Below are positions 41,830 to 55,394 of a stretch of DNA of 64,000 nt, in pieces (position 1 is the first letter of the stretch; each line of letters starts with the position of its first letter). The notes beneath the pieces are model-generated. The model had not been told where the DNA came from. It was given only the letters and a program-made list of their open reading frames with translations, and did not search any database. The stretch is from Lama glama. Its lineage: Eukaryota. The stretch covers positions 77,440,001 to 77,504,000 of the forward strand of contig CM052817.1 of NCBI GenBank assembly GCA_028534125.1, in the 5' to 3' direction. Position numbers and translations under genes: made by a program.

Positions 41830-43125
41830 TTAGGGTTAACTTTGGCTATAGCTGGAGGTGAATGTCAGGAATCCAGCCTTCATCAACATTTTCCTCAATG
41901 ATTTAGCTGAAGACAAAGAAGATATCACTAAATTTGGTAATATAAAAATTGAGGAAAAACAGTGACTCTTATGAGATGTGGACTAAAACTTCAAAATGTA
42001 ATAGGATGCTTTAAATAAATGAAGGAAACAGATGATGAAGTTGCCTCTGTTCTGAGGCAATATAAGCATTTGTGTCCAAAGAAACTAATGGCCTTAAAAT
42101 TTGTGAAACTTGGCCTAATACTGACTCACAAAAACAAAATAATGAAACAAAAATTTTAGTATTTTGAATATAAACTTACATTGGCTAACAAAGCAATATA
42201 GTTGCAAAATGAGTTAAAAACAATCTTACATAAACTGCCCTCACAAAAAGTGTCTGAACCAAGAGAGGAAATAATTTCCCCAAACCATAATCAAGCTAAT
42301 TGCAAAAATCTGTTTTTATTTTTGGGCACCGTATTTTTTCAGGAGTTAACAAAAGTGTGCCCTAAATTTAATTTTATGGATTATGAAGCCTTTTAATGCA
42401 TTTCCCAGGAACATGTTGATGAATCCATTGTCAGTGAACATAGATAAGAGCCTCCTTAGATGAAGGCTCACGAAGGGGAAAAAGCATTTTAGATGATGAC
42501 AGAAAAATGTTTTCCTGCTACTCATAACAAATATCATATTCACTTTTGATTTTAGATCAGAGCCAAACAAGTTTAAGCCATAGGTTCATCTCATTCTTTA
42601 CATTCTACTCATAGTTTAATCTCCCATAGCTCTGATTCTTTTTCTTATTTATATTTGACCACTGTTTCACATTATAGGCAAGTCATTTATTTTTTAGAAT
42701 TTACTTTAAATCTTTGTAAGATAAGGTGAAGTTAAATGAATGAATGAATGAATGAGTGGATTAGTTTAATACTTACTAGACCTTCAAAAAATTGTTGACA
42801 GAACTGAGTAGTTTTAGTTTAAAAACACAAAAGATGTTCTCAAAGTTCAATAGCATCTTATGGAAAAGAGAATATAGGTTTCTGTTGCTACAAAGGACAG
42901 AAATAAGACCAGCATGTGAAAATTACTGGGAGGTAAACTTCAACTCATTGTGATGGAAATTTCTTCCCAGTGAAAGAATTCTTAGAGAGGAACAGGATGC
43001 CCCACAAAGCATCAGGCTTTCTTTGTCATCATATTTGAATAGAGGCTAGACAACCACTGGCAGGCAGTGAGTGGGAGGCTGGACCAGATGGAATCTAAAG
43101 CCTCCTGCATCTTTGAGATTGTAAT
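41830..43125 (+). mobile_element. CR1/L3 LINE remnants
   Basis: caacattttc.tcaatgattt...taaatttg RT-like remnant and CR1 3' end (gaggctagacaaccact...ggctggaccagatg...tgagattgt). Confidence 0.6.
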
Positions 43126-44449
43126 AAAATACATATTATAGCAAGAAAAACAATAGATAGGTTCTTATAGCATCCCATTATCATCGATGACAGCAGTATT
43201 GGTAATCATCATAACAACACTAATGGCCATAATAACACAGTATAGGACTTTACAGTTGCTTTTATCTGGGGCATTATCAAAAGACATCATATATAAGTAT
43301 TATTTATCATTTCAATTTAACAGATAAGAAAATTAGGATGTTTCAAAGGTAATGAAATTGCCTATGCTGACAATAAGTCAGCAAAAATTAAGGAGGCTAC
43401 TGATTAAACCACTAACTGTGGTTAACTAGTTAACGTTGACTCTGGTATAGCAGAGGCTTAGAGACATTGAGATTTATGGCTAGTAAAGTTTTGGCTAGGG
43501 AAGGAATGGCTAAGATGCCATGGATATTAAATTTGATCTTATGATACTTAACAAAATGTCATGCTGCAGAGATCTGAGGAGTCCAGTGAATACTCAATTC
43601 TTGAATTCCCTATATTATAAGAGTACTGAGGACCCTCGGCGACTCTCTCTCCTCCCTCCCCCCATATTGGCCTTATTTTTTCAGACCAGATACTATAAAT
43701 GACAAGGCACCTTGCCACAAGCACCTCTGAGCTCACATTTTTATAGCTTTGCAATCAGAGACAAAAGGGATCTTCTCTGCAAGCACTAATTTGAAAATTC
43801 CTGGGTAAGAATGCTGATTAGCTTGAATCACTCATGCACCAATCACCACAGCCAGAAAATGGCGAAATTCCTCACATGGAGTTATGCTCATCCTGTGGAT
43901 CTATTACTGAAAGCAGGAAAAGGCAAAGCAATATATGTCCACAATACATATTTTGTCAATTGAAAAAAACTGAAATGTATTATTAACCAGACACTTCCAA
44001 ATACATTTTTGAAACAGTCTTTTTTCTGAGGTGCACATATTAAAAAACTAGGTTTTTAAAAACTTTTTAGAGATTACTTGAGCAAAACTATTATAATTTT
44101 ATCCCATTTTTGGTACTATGTCCCTTATTTCTTTTTTTCCTTCCTGACTGATTTTTATCATCTCATAGACATTAGTTAATTTGGCCATATTATGACTCTA
44201 CTTATAGTTTTGTTTGTGAGAAGCTACTTAGGATAGGATGGTATTCGTAAAGCACATCTGAATACTGACCGCAAACAAGCAGTCTTCCAGAAGACATTCT
44301 TAGTGATGACAACTTCTTTCCAGGTGTCTTCACTCTGCTCTCTTGGGAACTGTGTATTTTAATTTTACAGAAAAAAGAAAAGGAAGAAAAGAAAGCCTTA
44401 TTCAGTTTCCATTCAGTGACTTACTGTAGATACTAACTCAGGTGTCAAA

Positions 44450-47400
44450 CATCTCTTTATTGATGCCTACTCTGTGCCACTGTAATAAACTTTACAGACA
44501 GAATGATGGTCAAGAGAGGCCTTTCACAGGATTTCCTTCCTAGATAGTGAGGAAGACAATAAACAGTAAGCAAGTAAATAAGCTAAGTAACCACAGGTTG
44601 TAAAACATGATATGAGTAAACAGAACACTGTGATAGAGATAAGTAGGGAGTTCTAGGTCAAGGATGACTTTCATAAGAAGATGAAGTTAAAACTGAAGCA
44701 TAGAAAATGAAAAGGATTCAGCCACTTGGACACTCAGGGGAAGGTGTTGTAGGTCAGGGTTTCTCAGCCTTGGCACTACTGACATCTTGGACCATATAAT
44801 TCTTTGTTGTGGGGGACTGACTTGTCCACTGTAGAATGTTGAACAGCATCATTGGCCTCAACTGACTGGATACCAGTAGTGGTACCCTCTCCCCACCCTA
44901 ACTGTGACAACCAGAAATGTATTGGCCTTTGCCAGATGTTCCCTGGGAGACACTGTTCTAGGCATAGAGAATAAAGACTCCAAAATACTTGAATAGCATG
45001 AGATGTTGTTAGAGAGGTAAGGATAGGTCATTCAGGGGTCTGCAGGCCTTGGCAATAATTTGGATTTTATTTTATGTAAATAGTAAGTCACTGAACACTT
45101 TTAAGTTGGGAAGTAACATGTTGACATTTTAAATAGACTACTTTGCTGCTGTGTGGGGAACAGATTTAAAACCACGAGGATAAATGAGATCTTAGGACCA
45201 GGCACTGAGGAACACCATCATTTAGAAGTTAAAAGTAGACTGGAAAGTATAAGAGAAAAGCAGATTGAAAAGGAACAACCAAAGAGGTTGGATGAAAGCC
45301 ATGAGAGAGAATAATGTTACAAAAACTGGGATATGAGTCAAGGAGGAAGTGGTCGATAGAGACTAGATTTTTCTTCTTGGCTTCATCAAGTCACAGACTG
45401 AAGATTTCTCTGGAATTGCACTGGCTTAGCTCATCTTCTTGCCTCACTACAATTTCCCCTACAAGTCTTCTGTATATAATTCCAAACTAAACATCCTGTT
45501 CAAGAACTTACAAAGGCTTCCTATTATAGCCCTGCATTGGCCTTGTTCATTCCTATTTCTAAAACTTTGCTCTTAAGCAGTCATGTCTCCTCCTCAGAGC
45601 CTTCAAATGTGCCTACCCATGAACCTTCCAAGCTGAAACTCATATCTGGTCTCCCACAGAATCCTTCCTCAACAATTTTGGTCCACACAGATGTCTCTAT
45701 TCTCTAAAAAATCAACAAAACTTCTAGTTTTTCACTCTCTCCACTGAACACATTTAAGTATCTGTGACAGGCTATGCCCTGGAAATACAAGAATGAAAAA
45801 CATGGTCCTTGCTCTCTAGAAGCTTGTCAGCACTCAATATATCCTTAATGCATTTAGGAAAATAGGAGTTTGCCTTGTATCTAATCCTGAGTCAGCCATT
45901 CAGCTACTTCTTCTCTATGCTTACCCTACACAGCTCAGTCATGTTTGACAGGCCTTTAGCTGTTGATTATCTCCTGGGACTACTGGATCACAGGGTAGAA
46001 TTTTGTTATTCCTACCACTTATCAGTGATAGGGTGAATATGGTCACAAGGTGGTACATCTCCCAAAGTCTGAGTTATGATTACTCCAGAATAATAGTAAC
46101 AGGCGTGCCCCTAAGTGTGGTGGTGCTGATAATGTAAACTTTGGCTAGGTCTCAGCCAAACAATATAAGGTGGTCTTTGGCTTTCCAAGCCTATTCTCTT
46201 TCATGATTTCAAGCCAGTGTGAGGTGCAGAGATCCTTCTTCATTAATTTGGGTCCACCCAATAAATAACTATTGAATCAAACACACACACATATCCCTCA
46301 AGAACAAACAGTAATTTTCAGAGGCAATACATTTAAAACCTATGTCGTGACGTTTCTAACTACAAGGTTTTCTGGGAGCAACTCCTATCCTAAAATGCAG
46401 TGCATTGTCAATTTTCCTTTTTTTCTATCTGTTTGTTTCAGATGTTTAACTTGTGATCTATTATAAGTCTATCCTTTAAAACTCAGTACATAGATATGCC
46501 AAGAACTGGTAGGAAGTTTGAAATTATATGATTAAAAAAGTGTAGAGTCAGGGTTTAGTCAAATTCTTGAGCAGGGTGAACTGAAGGGCATTCTTCTATA
46601 ATCTCTAAATGAGGAAGGGAGACAGTATGACTATTATCCACAGTTCAAATTATTTTTCAAGAGTGGAGGTGGAGATTGCTCTGTCAGTTACAGATACAAA
46701 CAAATAATGATAGTACAACGTAATTGTTATAAATAAGTCCAAAAAGGGTGAAAGAAGGGCAGGTCTGTCTCACGGAGCTATGAAAGGTTCCATGGAGGAA
46801 AAAGTATTCAACTGAGACCTAAAGGATCTTGAGAGAACCTAGTAGGATCATAGAAGGGCAGGAAGTTCAATACAGCTAGTGTAGAGTAAATGGGCAAGAA
46901 TGGAGATGAGATTAAATGTCCGGGGTCAGACCATGAAGGGGATGGGGAACCCCTGAAAAAATCTTGGCAGAGGAATCTCATGCTCATAATTGCATGTTAG
47001 AAAAATTATTAATAGAATGGAGTTTGGACTGGAGTGGGAAATCTAGAGGCTATAGCAATAGTCCAAGGGAGATGAGCCGGGAGAGATGATTACTTGATGG
47101 ATTAAGACAGCGAGAGTGGAGATTAAAAAGAGGGTGGATTTGAGAGATCCTTAAAGAGACAAGTCAATAGAATTTGATATTAGGATAGGGAAAATGAAGG
47201 AAATGTAATAATAGGGGTATCCATGGATTCTTGACTTGGGCATCTGGGTGCTATTATCTGAAACAGGGAATGAAAGCAGGCTAGGTTCCAGATGGGGGGG
47301 AAGAGATATGGCACTGGGAGTAGGAAATGGTAAAACTGATGTTCATGTCAATTCAGGACATAGTTGAGGTATCTGTGTGAAATCCAAGTGAAGATGCTGC

Positions 47401-47810
47401 TGCTTAAAAGGACCCAACCTGAAGATACACATTTAGGAGTCCTTTGTGCCCAGGACACCTGGTAGGTAAGTAAGGTAGGTAAGTCCATCATGGGGAAGAG
47501 ACTGAGCAAGGAGATAGGAGGAATAACAATAAAAGAAAATGGAGAGTTTGGGAACACAGAGGAAACATATAAGAAGAAAAATATTTAAAGTGAATTGAGG
47601 GGTTAGCTTCAGAACCAGGAGAAAGTGACACTAGGGAAACCAAGGGGAGAGTTAACGGTGTTGCTTTTTAAATATAATTTTCTCCTTCTCCGCTAAAAAT
47701 GTTAAATTTCCCAAAAGCAGGAACTGTATCTTAAATTTCACTGTATTTTCTTCAGTGCCCAATTCAGTAAAGAGAACATAGTAAATGCTCAATAAATTCT
47801 CATTCAGTCT
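44450..47810. mobile_element. Cluster of LINE-2 fragments
   Basis: Multiple L2 motifs, e.g. ggcaataatttggattttatt, gaggctatagcaatagtccaagggagatga and catagtaaatgctcaataaat. Confidence 0.6.
44755..44955 (+). mobile_element. MER20 hAT-Charlie element nested in an L2
   Basis: cagggtttctcagccttggcactactgacat...ataattctttgttgtggggg...gtgacaacca.aaatgt. Degenerate 8-bp TSD ttgtaggt/ttctaggc. Confidence 0.85.
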
Positions 47811-48499
47811 CAGATACTATTCGCCCATATCAACCTAAAATGTTTCTTTAACCTGTTTCTTCAAATAAATGTTTAGCGTTACCTATGAGTTTACTTAAAT
47901 CAGTTTTGTAATCTGTATGTTCTACCTGCACCAGTTTTGAAATAAGTTCCAAAACCTTACTTACTACTTATTGAGAGGGATCTTTGATACTAAAGAGGAC
48001 AATGGGATTTTCTTTATTACTATTCCTAAGAAACAAGTTATTACAAAACAGTTTAGCCTGTTTCCCAAGCATTAGCTTGTAACTTAAAACCCCTGTTGAA
48101 AGCACACGAAGGAGGCAGCCAAATTTTTCTCACAAAAATTAACCAAATTTTTCTCACACCATTAACCGGGTCAACATGTCTATTAAAGCTTTCATTTTAT
48201 TAACAGTCACGAAACAATCAGTTGGGGAATATATATTCATGCCAACGGAAGCCATTTAACTGCCAACAGATCCCAATAATTCACAGAAAGCTAAAGGGAA
48301 TTGTGTCTTCGCATAGGGTTTCGATGCCAGGCAATACAGACGGTTTTCTCTGAGGTAACAACACCTAATTTAAAAGTCCAGGCCTGGGTGGATTCGCTTC
48401 CTTAGAAAATACTGAATAAATGACCAAGAGCACTGGAATCATCACCTCCACTTGAGGAACTATCCCTTCCTTCCCTCTACACCACATAGACTAACCTGC

Positions 48500-49350
48500 A
48501 GCCACCTTTCTCCGCCAGCTAAGCCCCAGTGCTCCGCTCCCGCCTTAGGAAAAATGGTCAAGCTCCTGCTCTCGCGGGATCTCGCGCCTCAGAGTAACTC
48601 AACTGGATCGCGCGCCTCATCGAACCCCCGCGGGAATACAGTTCAGCGGGTTGGGAAAGCCGGGAGGCGGGGCCAACTCGGGGACCATGAAGGTGGAGCC
48701 AGCTCGGAGGAGGCGGGGCGGGGACGAGGCGGGGAGAGGGGCGGGGCTCCCAGGACCTGTTGATCGCAGGTGTCAATGTCCTGACTGGCTCCTGGGTGTG
48801 GAGGCGTGTGCGCATGCTCCGTGAGCAGGGTCGAGCTCTAGGCGGCGGAGACCAGTCGCCTCTGCTCCAGTTCCCGGTGAGTCTCGGTTACGGTGGCAGC
48901 TGTTAGTGTGTCAGCTTGGTGTCGGCTTGAGGCGGAGCTGGGTCAGCGGGAGGAAGCTCTGTGAAAGTAGAAGGCCCGTGTTTCTCTACCTGGACCGCGC
49001 TCTCCTCTCGCTAAAAGGGCCGAGCTCAAGGTAAGTCTCCAAAACTAGTCACTGTGTCGTGATCCAACGACCTGCTACCCTCACGGGCCTGTCCGTGAAG
49101 CCCTCGTTCCAGCCCCAGACTTCGTCTCTCCCTTCGCAGCCCCGAGACCTCCTCCCCGACCCCACCCTCCTCGGGGCAGACTCAGGGCTCGTTGCCCGGG
49201 TTCAGGCTCCCGAGGTCACGCAGCCTTCCCGCCGCGTTCCGGGTCTGGCGGAGATGCCTTTGGCCAGGCTGGAGGCGCCCACGGAGGGCGGAGGTGCTGT
49301 ACTTACTGGGTAGTGGTTGTTAATTGCTGCTGTGTTTGAGGGCCGGCAAG
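48500..49350. promoter_or_regulatory. CpG island promoter (GC boxes, NRF1-like and CGCG/BANP-like motifs)
   Basis: The only CpG-dense, GC-rich segment in the window. It has multiple GGGGCGGGG/GAGGCGGGG boxes at 48664-48747, TGCGCATGC at 48809-48817 and TCTCGCGGGA at 48570-48579. Confidence 0.92.
48820..49030 (+). other. USP53: Non-coding first exon of the downstream gene, probably USP53
   Basis: Consensus donor AAG|GTAAGT at 49030/49031 inside the CpG island. Identity rests only on the recalled mammalian gene order SYNPO2-MYOZ2-USP53, as no coding sequence is in the window. The start is approximate. Confidence 0.6.
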
Positions 49351-52300
49351 GAGCTAGAACTTGGGGTCCTGCTGGTTCTCTTAGTGCATTACGCTTACTT
49401 GGCGCCTGTCCCTCACTTTCCGAGCCATTGCCTCTCCCGAGCACCAGCATTTTAAAGCTGTCCAGGTGGTTATGTTGCCTTCTTTGGAGAAGAGATGATT
49501 CTTGAGAATCTTTGGGCTGGTAGTTTCTGGGTGGTAATAGTAATTTATAAAGTTAATGTTTAGCTTCTACATGGCGACTTATGGGACGTTTATTAAACTA
49601 CTTTTAAACAACATTGGAGAACAGGAAGTACTTGCACAGGTGTAACAGGGAGGGTTCCTAAAGCCTGCAATCTGAAAGTGCTCTGAGGTTTTGTTATCCT
49701 GCTACAAGGTTTTCTTTATCAGTGCGAAGTCTGATTAATACTTGCAAAATGTATTGTAAGGCTTTGTTAGCAGAGTTTGCCAAATATTTTCTTATCTGGA
49801 AGAAATATGTATATTTTTGCAAGGAATTTTCAGAGCTACTTCTGAGGGATGTTTAAATTCAGGAGGTTCTTTTGTGATTAGGGTCTGATTCGCTTTTAGT
49901 TGTATTCTTTAAAAAAAAAAGCATTGCTGATTCTCAGTATTTAAAGGGAAGAGAACATGCCAACAAATTCTGATCAAAATGAACTTTTGTCTAAATTAAT
50001 ACTTCTTGTTAGTTTTATTTTCTATTCTTTTCAGTTCCATGATGATGGTCGAAGCAATATCCTTAATCTTGTTAAATAGAAATTAAAATTCATTTTGCAA
50101 AAGTAATGTATGATTTATCTGCCATTGTCATAAGAATTCCAAATAGACAAACTCACTGTAGGTTGGAGTTGATTATAATCTGATAAAACAAGGTTTTTGT
50201 TTTTATGTTACGTTTTAGAGGCTTTTAAAGTGAGCTCTCTGGCAGTTTGTTTAAATACATGATTACTGGTGAGAAACCACGAAGGTGATTAAATTTATTT
50301 ATAAACTCAACTCAGGTAGTTACATGTTTTGTTCCTACAATGTAAAAGATCTTTCCTTTTTTCCCTATTTACTAAAAAAAAATCTTTCATGAATGTATGT
50401 ATACAGTTCATGGAACTTGACACTAATAGTTATTTATTAATATTATTATGTTCTCTAAAAGATACAAAAGTAGTTTTAACAAAGAAAGCTATTTTAACGG
50501 TGGAAGGGCACTGTTTTCCACCTAGTTTATTTTTTTTCTTAAAATATCACATAACTTATTATTTAGTATGTACTGTGATTCAAGATCTTTTATATTAGTC
50601 AAATAAATGTTTATTTTAAACTGTGTAGTGTCAAGAAATACAATTTTGGAATCATCATTTAGAAGCTTGTTTTAGCAAGAGGTAAAAAATGAAAATTCTA
50701 TTTTAAGGTAATGTACACATTCAAAAGTCAAAATCAGTATTATTTTCCCTGCTCATACTACTTGGAACTCACTAACCTATCGTGCTAGAAAGTACATTGT
50801 TTACCCTACAATTTTCCAAAAATATGTTTGAAATATAGAAAGCAGTAGATTAAGCTGTCCTACAAAGATGTTTAGTTACTAAAATACTGACCAGATCTTG
50901 TTACTTGACAGCTTTAACTCAAGGTTTTTCTTAATTATAGACCTTGAAGACAACCTATAGTAAGGTAGCTTATATATTGCATCTGGAAGTATTTTGAACA
51001 GTGTGCTAGGTATGCCAGGGCACAAAAGATTGTCAGTCTAGCCTATTGTTGCTCATAGACGCTTGGATTAAGGAAGGAAGAGTGCTAATTTATGTCATCT
51101 TTGGAGAGCTAGCTAGATGTTGGTGATGATACATATGTAGCATTAGTATATCATTACTAATTTTGTACAGCTGTAATGATTTTAGAAAATTTTGCATTAC
51201 AGTATATGCACACAATAGGAACAAGAAACATTCTACCACAGATAAAATCTTCAGAGGTTATTTAAACTTTAACTTTATATAATATCCTAATATTGGCAAG
51301 TTATTATGAGTTTTCTTTAAATAATAAAAATACTACAAATAGAATAGGAAAAAAGTGTCTTTTTTTTTTGTTTTTTCAAGTTAACAGATGTCCTCTATCA
51401 GCGGTGGTTAGAACTGAATTTTAATATAATTGTTTTTCTTTGAAATTTTATAAATTTTTTTCTTTCTTCCTTTCCTATTTCAATGCCATAAACTTTGTTT
51501 TATGCTTTACAAACACTCTGAGGGGTCCATAGGCTTCATTAGGCCACTAAGGTGTCCATGACACAAATAGTGCCACAAACCATTGCATATGATTGAAGAA
51601 TTTTTGTTTTCTATGAGTCACTTCAGAAAAGTTGCTTCATATATTCGTAATTCATCAGAAAATAAAATGTTATGCAACATAAAACTATATTTCAATATCT
51701 TAGCTGTTTTAGTGAATAAAGTCAATTACCCTAGTGGTCATGGTATTTTTGAATTAATTTGGAAATAATTATATTACTCTTCTAGCTTTGCTACTATTGA
51801 ACTGCAAAAAGCAGTTTGAAGACATACTTTTCCTCTGGAATTTGGAAGATTTAACTGACTTTTTGTGCTTTTCTGAGCTAGCAGAATTACTAAGTGATAT
51901 TTATTGACCTTTTTTTTTTATGCTAGACACTAGACATTGGAAAATTAATAAGACAATGTTAAAGTAGTCAGAAATATGAGTTTGTCTTTTCCAAGCCTCA
52001 TCTCTGGTTATTCCCAGTGCTCCCACAACTGCACTGAATTTCCAAAGATAAAATAGTCTTTTTCTTACACCCTTGCAATTGCAAGGTACTGCTTCTCTTC
52101 CAGCTTCCCAGTTGCCACAGCACACCTGTGAATTGTCTTCTGTTCCAGCAAAGGGCAGTAGATTACTTCATTTTGTGTTACTTTGTATACTCCATTGGTA
52201 AGATTTATACTGGGTTGCTGTAGAGGGAAGACAGAATAACTAAGGGACTGAAGGTGATAGTGTATTGCATTTTAAGTGTAAGGAGAATGATGGATGCATA

Positions 52301-53153
52301 GCACAAGGGATGAGAATGCAGGTAGAGAGAGCATTCTTACAACCCAGAGACATGATGAGGACAAAGTAAAGGTGTTATTTTGGGTGCTCTAGTTATTGTT
52401 TATGGCTGGATGTTTCATTATGTCATATGAATTAAAATTTTCATTAAGGAAGTTCTGTATTTTCTGAAAAGTTGTACATAGGTTGAAGTTTTCTAAATTA
52501 AATCTTCGCTGTTGCTTACCTTGTTATTTTAGTGTTGCTTTCCCTTTATTTCCGATGCATTGCCTTCTAACATTTCAATGTGTTTTTTCTTCTGTAGTCC
52601 AAATGGAATTTACAATTTCAAATTCACAAAGTTTAAAATAATACTGTGGTGAATCCACTTGTGAAATGAAGCATTCTCAAAATTTTTTGTAAATTAGAAT
52701 TTTCCATATTTTCAGTTTTCTTAAAGTAGGATATCTCTATAAGTGAAATTGTTTATTTTTTACTAAGAACGACCTTTTAAAAGATATTAAAATTTAGAAA
52801 TTAAAACTTTATTATACCATTTATTTGATCCCACTAATCTGGATTAAGGCCTTAGTCAAGATTGATGCATCAGTTTAAGGAAATGGAGAAAGATAACAAA
52901 ATGGGGTATAAAATATCATAATACAGCTTTTACTTTTTATTCAAATGTGTGATTACATTGTTAAAAATCATTTTATATCAAAAATTTTGTGTTTGTTATA
53001 ATTAGCTTGCATTTACTGAGTGCTTGCTATGTTTTGCGCATTTATTACGTATTTTATGTGTGGTTTATAATTCTTACAATAACTATCAACTTTTTTATAT
53101 AGATTATGATTATAGATGATGGTACTGATCTGCTTTTAATGATTGAGTAGTTG

Positions 53154-53279
53154 TATGAAAAGGAATATATATACATATGTATATGCGTGACTGGGACATT
53201 GTGCTGTACATCAGAAATTGACACATTGTAACCCACGGTACTTCAATAAAAACAAACAAACAAACAAACAAACAAATAA
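53154..53279 (+). mobile_element. Short L1 3' tail with (CAAA)n tail and 16-bp TSD, inserted in a MIR
   Basis: TSD aatgattgagtagttg (53138-53153) / aatgattgagtaattg (53280-53295). Confidence 0.9.
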
Positions 53280-54170
53280 AATGATTGAGTAATTGAGTAT
53301 GTGCTGTATTGGTGGAAGCTTTTCACAGAGTTAGAATTGGGAATCATGAAGTCTATATCAGAACATGGATTTCATCCTTGTTAAGAGCCCATCAGAGCAT
53401 TCTTTGTTTGCCAGGTAACTTCATACTTTGGCTTCTTCTAAATTTCTCAGCGTGCATAATAAACTCTTGCCCCGATAATGATGGTCCTCCCTGTTTTTAG
53501 GTCAGCAGGCTGTTTGAACCCTAGAAGACTTTTCCTCTTATAAGGTACTGCTAAATGGGTCTAAGATAATTTTACCTCCCTGTCGGTATAGTACTGATAC
53601 TAACCTAGCTATTGGGTGGTGGGGAATTGTCCTGTACCCTTAGTGCCTAGGTCATCTTTGTTAGGAACACTGATTTCAGAGGGTTTGTTGGTTGAGGTTT
53701 CACTTTATTTCCTGAGCTTCCTTCAATAATTATTTAATGACTAGGTACCATATACTGTGCCTTGTTTTAGATACTCAGGATTCACTTTGCATTCTAAGAG
53801 GATTGGAAGGAGACATAATAAACATAATAAGTCAATTAGATTGCATATTTGTTGGTGAGGAATACCATGAAGAAAAGAAAAAGTAGAGCAGGGCAAGGGG
53901 AACTGGGCATGTGGAGTGGATTGCAATTTTAAATAAATATAGGCCTCATGTAGGAGGTGATTTTCGAGCAAGGCAGTCATGAAGTGAACCGGGGAGAACC
54001 CAAGTGGGTATCAAGAGGAGTGTATTCCAGGCAGAGGAAGAGAGAGTGCGAAGCTTTTAGAGCAGGGATTTGCACGGTTTGTTCAGGAATAACGAGGCCC
54101 AGGAAGCTGAAATGGAGAAAGTAATTGGAAAGTAGTTAGAGATGAAGTTAGAGGAGAGAGGATGGGCAGG

Positions 54171-54964
54171 CGTTACATAATAAGAGACATATATTTGGTC
54201 TCTGGTGTTTCCTGCCACACAACTCCTAAAACTCTCATAATCTCCAAGGTGTTTTTTTTTTGTGTGTGTGCTAAGGAGATGACTGGAGGCTGGGGCTAGC
54301 CTCAGGATGGGGGCTGTTTGCCAGGGAACTAACTGTGTGATTAGAGGATTGGAACTTTCTGCTCCACCTGCCCTCCCTGCAGGGAGGGGAGAGTGGTGGA
54401 GATTGAGCTACTCACTAATGGTCAGATATTTAATCAAGCATGCCTATGTAATGAAGCCTCCGTAAAAAATGCTAACTGAGGGAGTTCAGAGAGCTTTTGG
54501 GTAGGAGAGCTTGAGGTGCTGGAGATGTGGTGTTTCTTGAGAAGGCATGGAAGCTCCGTGCTCCTTTCCATATACTTTGCCCTACGCAGCTCTTCCTTCT
54601 GGCTGTTTCTGAGTTGTTGTATCCTTTTATAATAAACTTAACTCAAGTAAGCTGTTTTCCAGAGTGGTGCTAGCAAGTTAATTAAATATGTGGAAGGGGT
54701 TGTGGGAACCGCTAATTTATTGGCAGTGGATCAGAAGTGCAGGTGACAACTTGGGACCTGTGGTTGTTGTCTGAAGTAGGGGGTCAGTCTAGCTGAACTG
54801 AGCCCTTGGCTTGTGGAGTCTTGACAATAACTCCAGGTAGCATCAAATTAAGTTAAATTGTGGTGTCTGCTGAGAATTGGAGTATTGCTGCTTGTTGTGG
54901 AAAAACCCATGCATCTGGTTTCAGAAGTGGTGTGAGAAAATAGAAGTATTGTTTACTTTTAACA
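54171..54964 (+). mobile_element. MER21-like solo LTR inserted in an L2 (~53720-55370)
   Basis: tatttggtctctg...ctcctaaaac...gagatgactgg...gtgattagagg.ttggaacttt...tttaatcaa.catgcctatgtaatgaagcctcc...tttataataaac. Confidence 0.85.
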
Positions 54965-55394
54965 TGTAGTATGAGCTTTATAGGCCATTATAAAGACTTT
55001 TTGGGTTTTGGGTAAGGACCTACTGCAAGATTTTGAGCAGAGGGATGACACTGTGATTTAATTTCAGAAGGATCTCTTTGTCTAATCTTAGGTAAGGGGT
55101 CAGGGTAGAAGCTACGAGACAGTTGGGAAGCTATTCTAGCAATCCAGGCAAGATTTGATGATGGTTAAGACTCAAATAGTAGAAGTGGAGGTGATGAGTA
55201 TTGGCCACATTCTGACCGAGATATGCAAAAAAAAAAAAAAAGATGTCATAGATGATACCAAGATACTTGTTCTGAGCAATTGGAATAATGAACTTACTGT
55301 CAGCTAAGATGGGAAAGAAGATATAGGTAGAGCTAGAGTTAAGTTTGTCAAGGCAAAGAAATGTCAGGTTATGCCTGCTTTGGCATAATTTTCT

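Noticed and set aside
42735..42756. (GAAT)n runs here and at ~29585 and ~63820
   Set aside because: Typical LINE-2 3' tails, not a separate repeat system.
48452..49505. Several 60-100 aa ORFs in the CpG island
   Set aside because: Expected from stop-codon scarcity in GC-rich DNA. The peptides are low-complexity G/P/R/A-rich with no recognisable domain.
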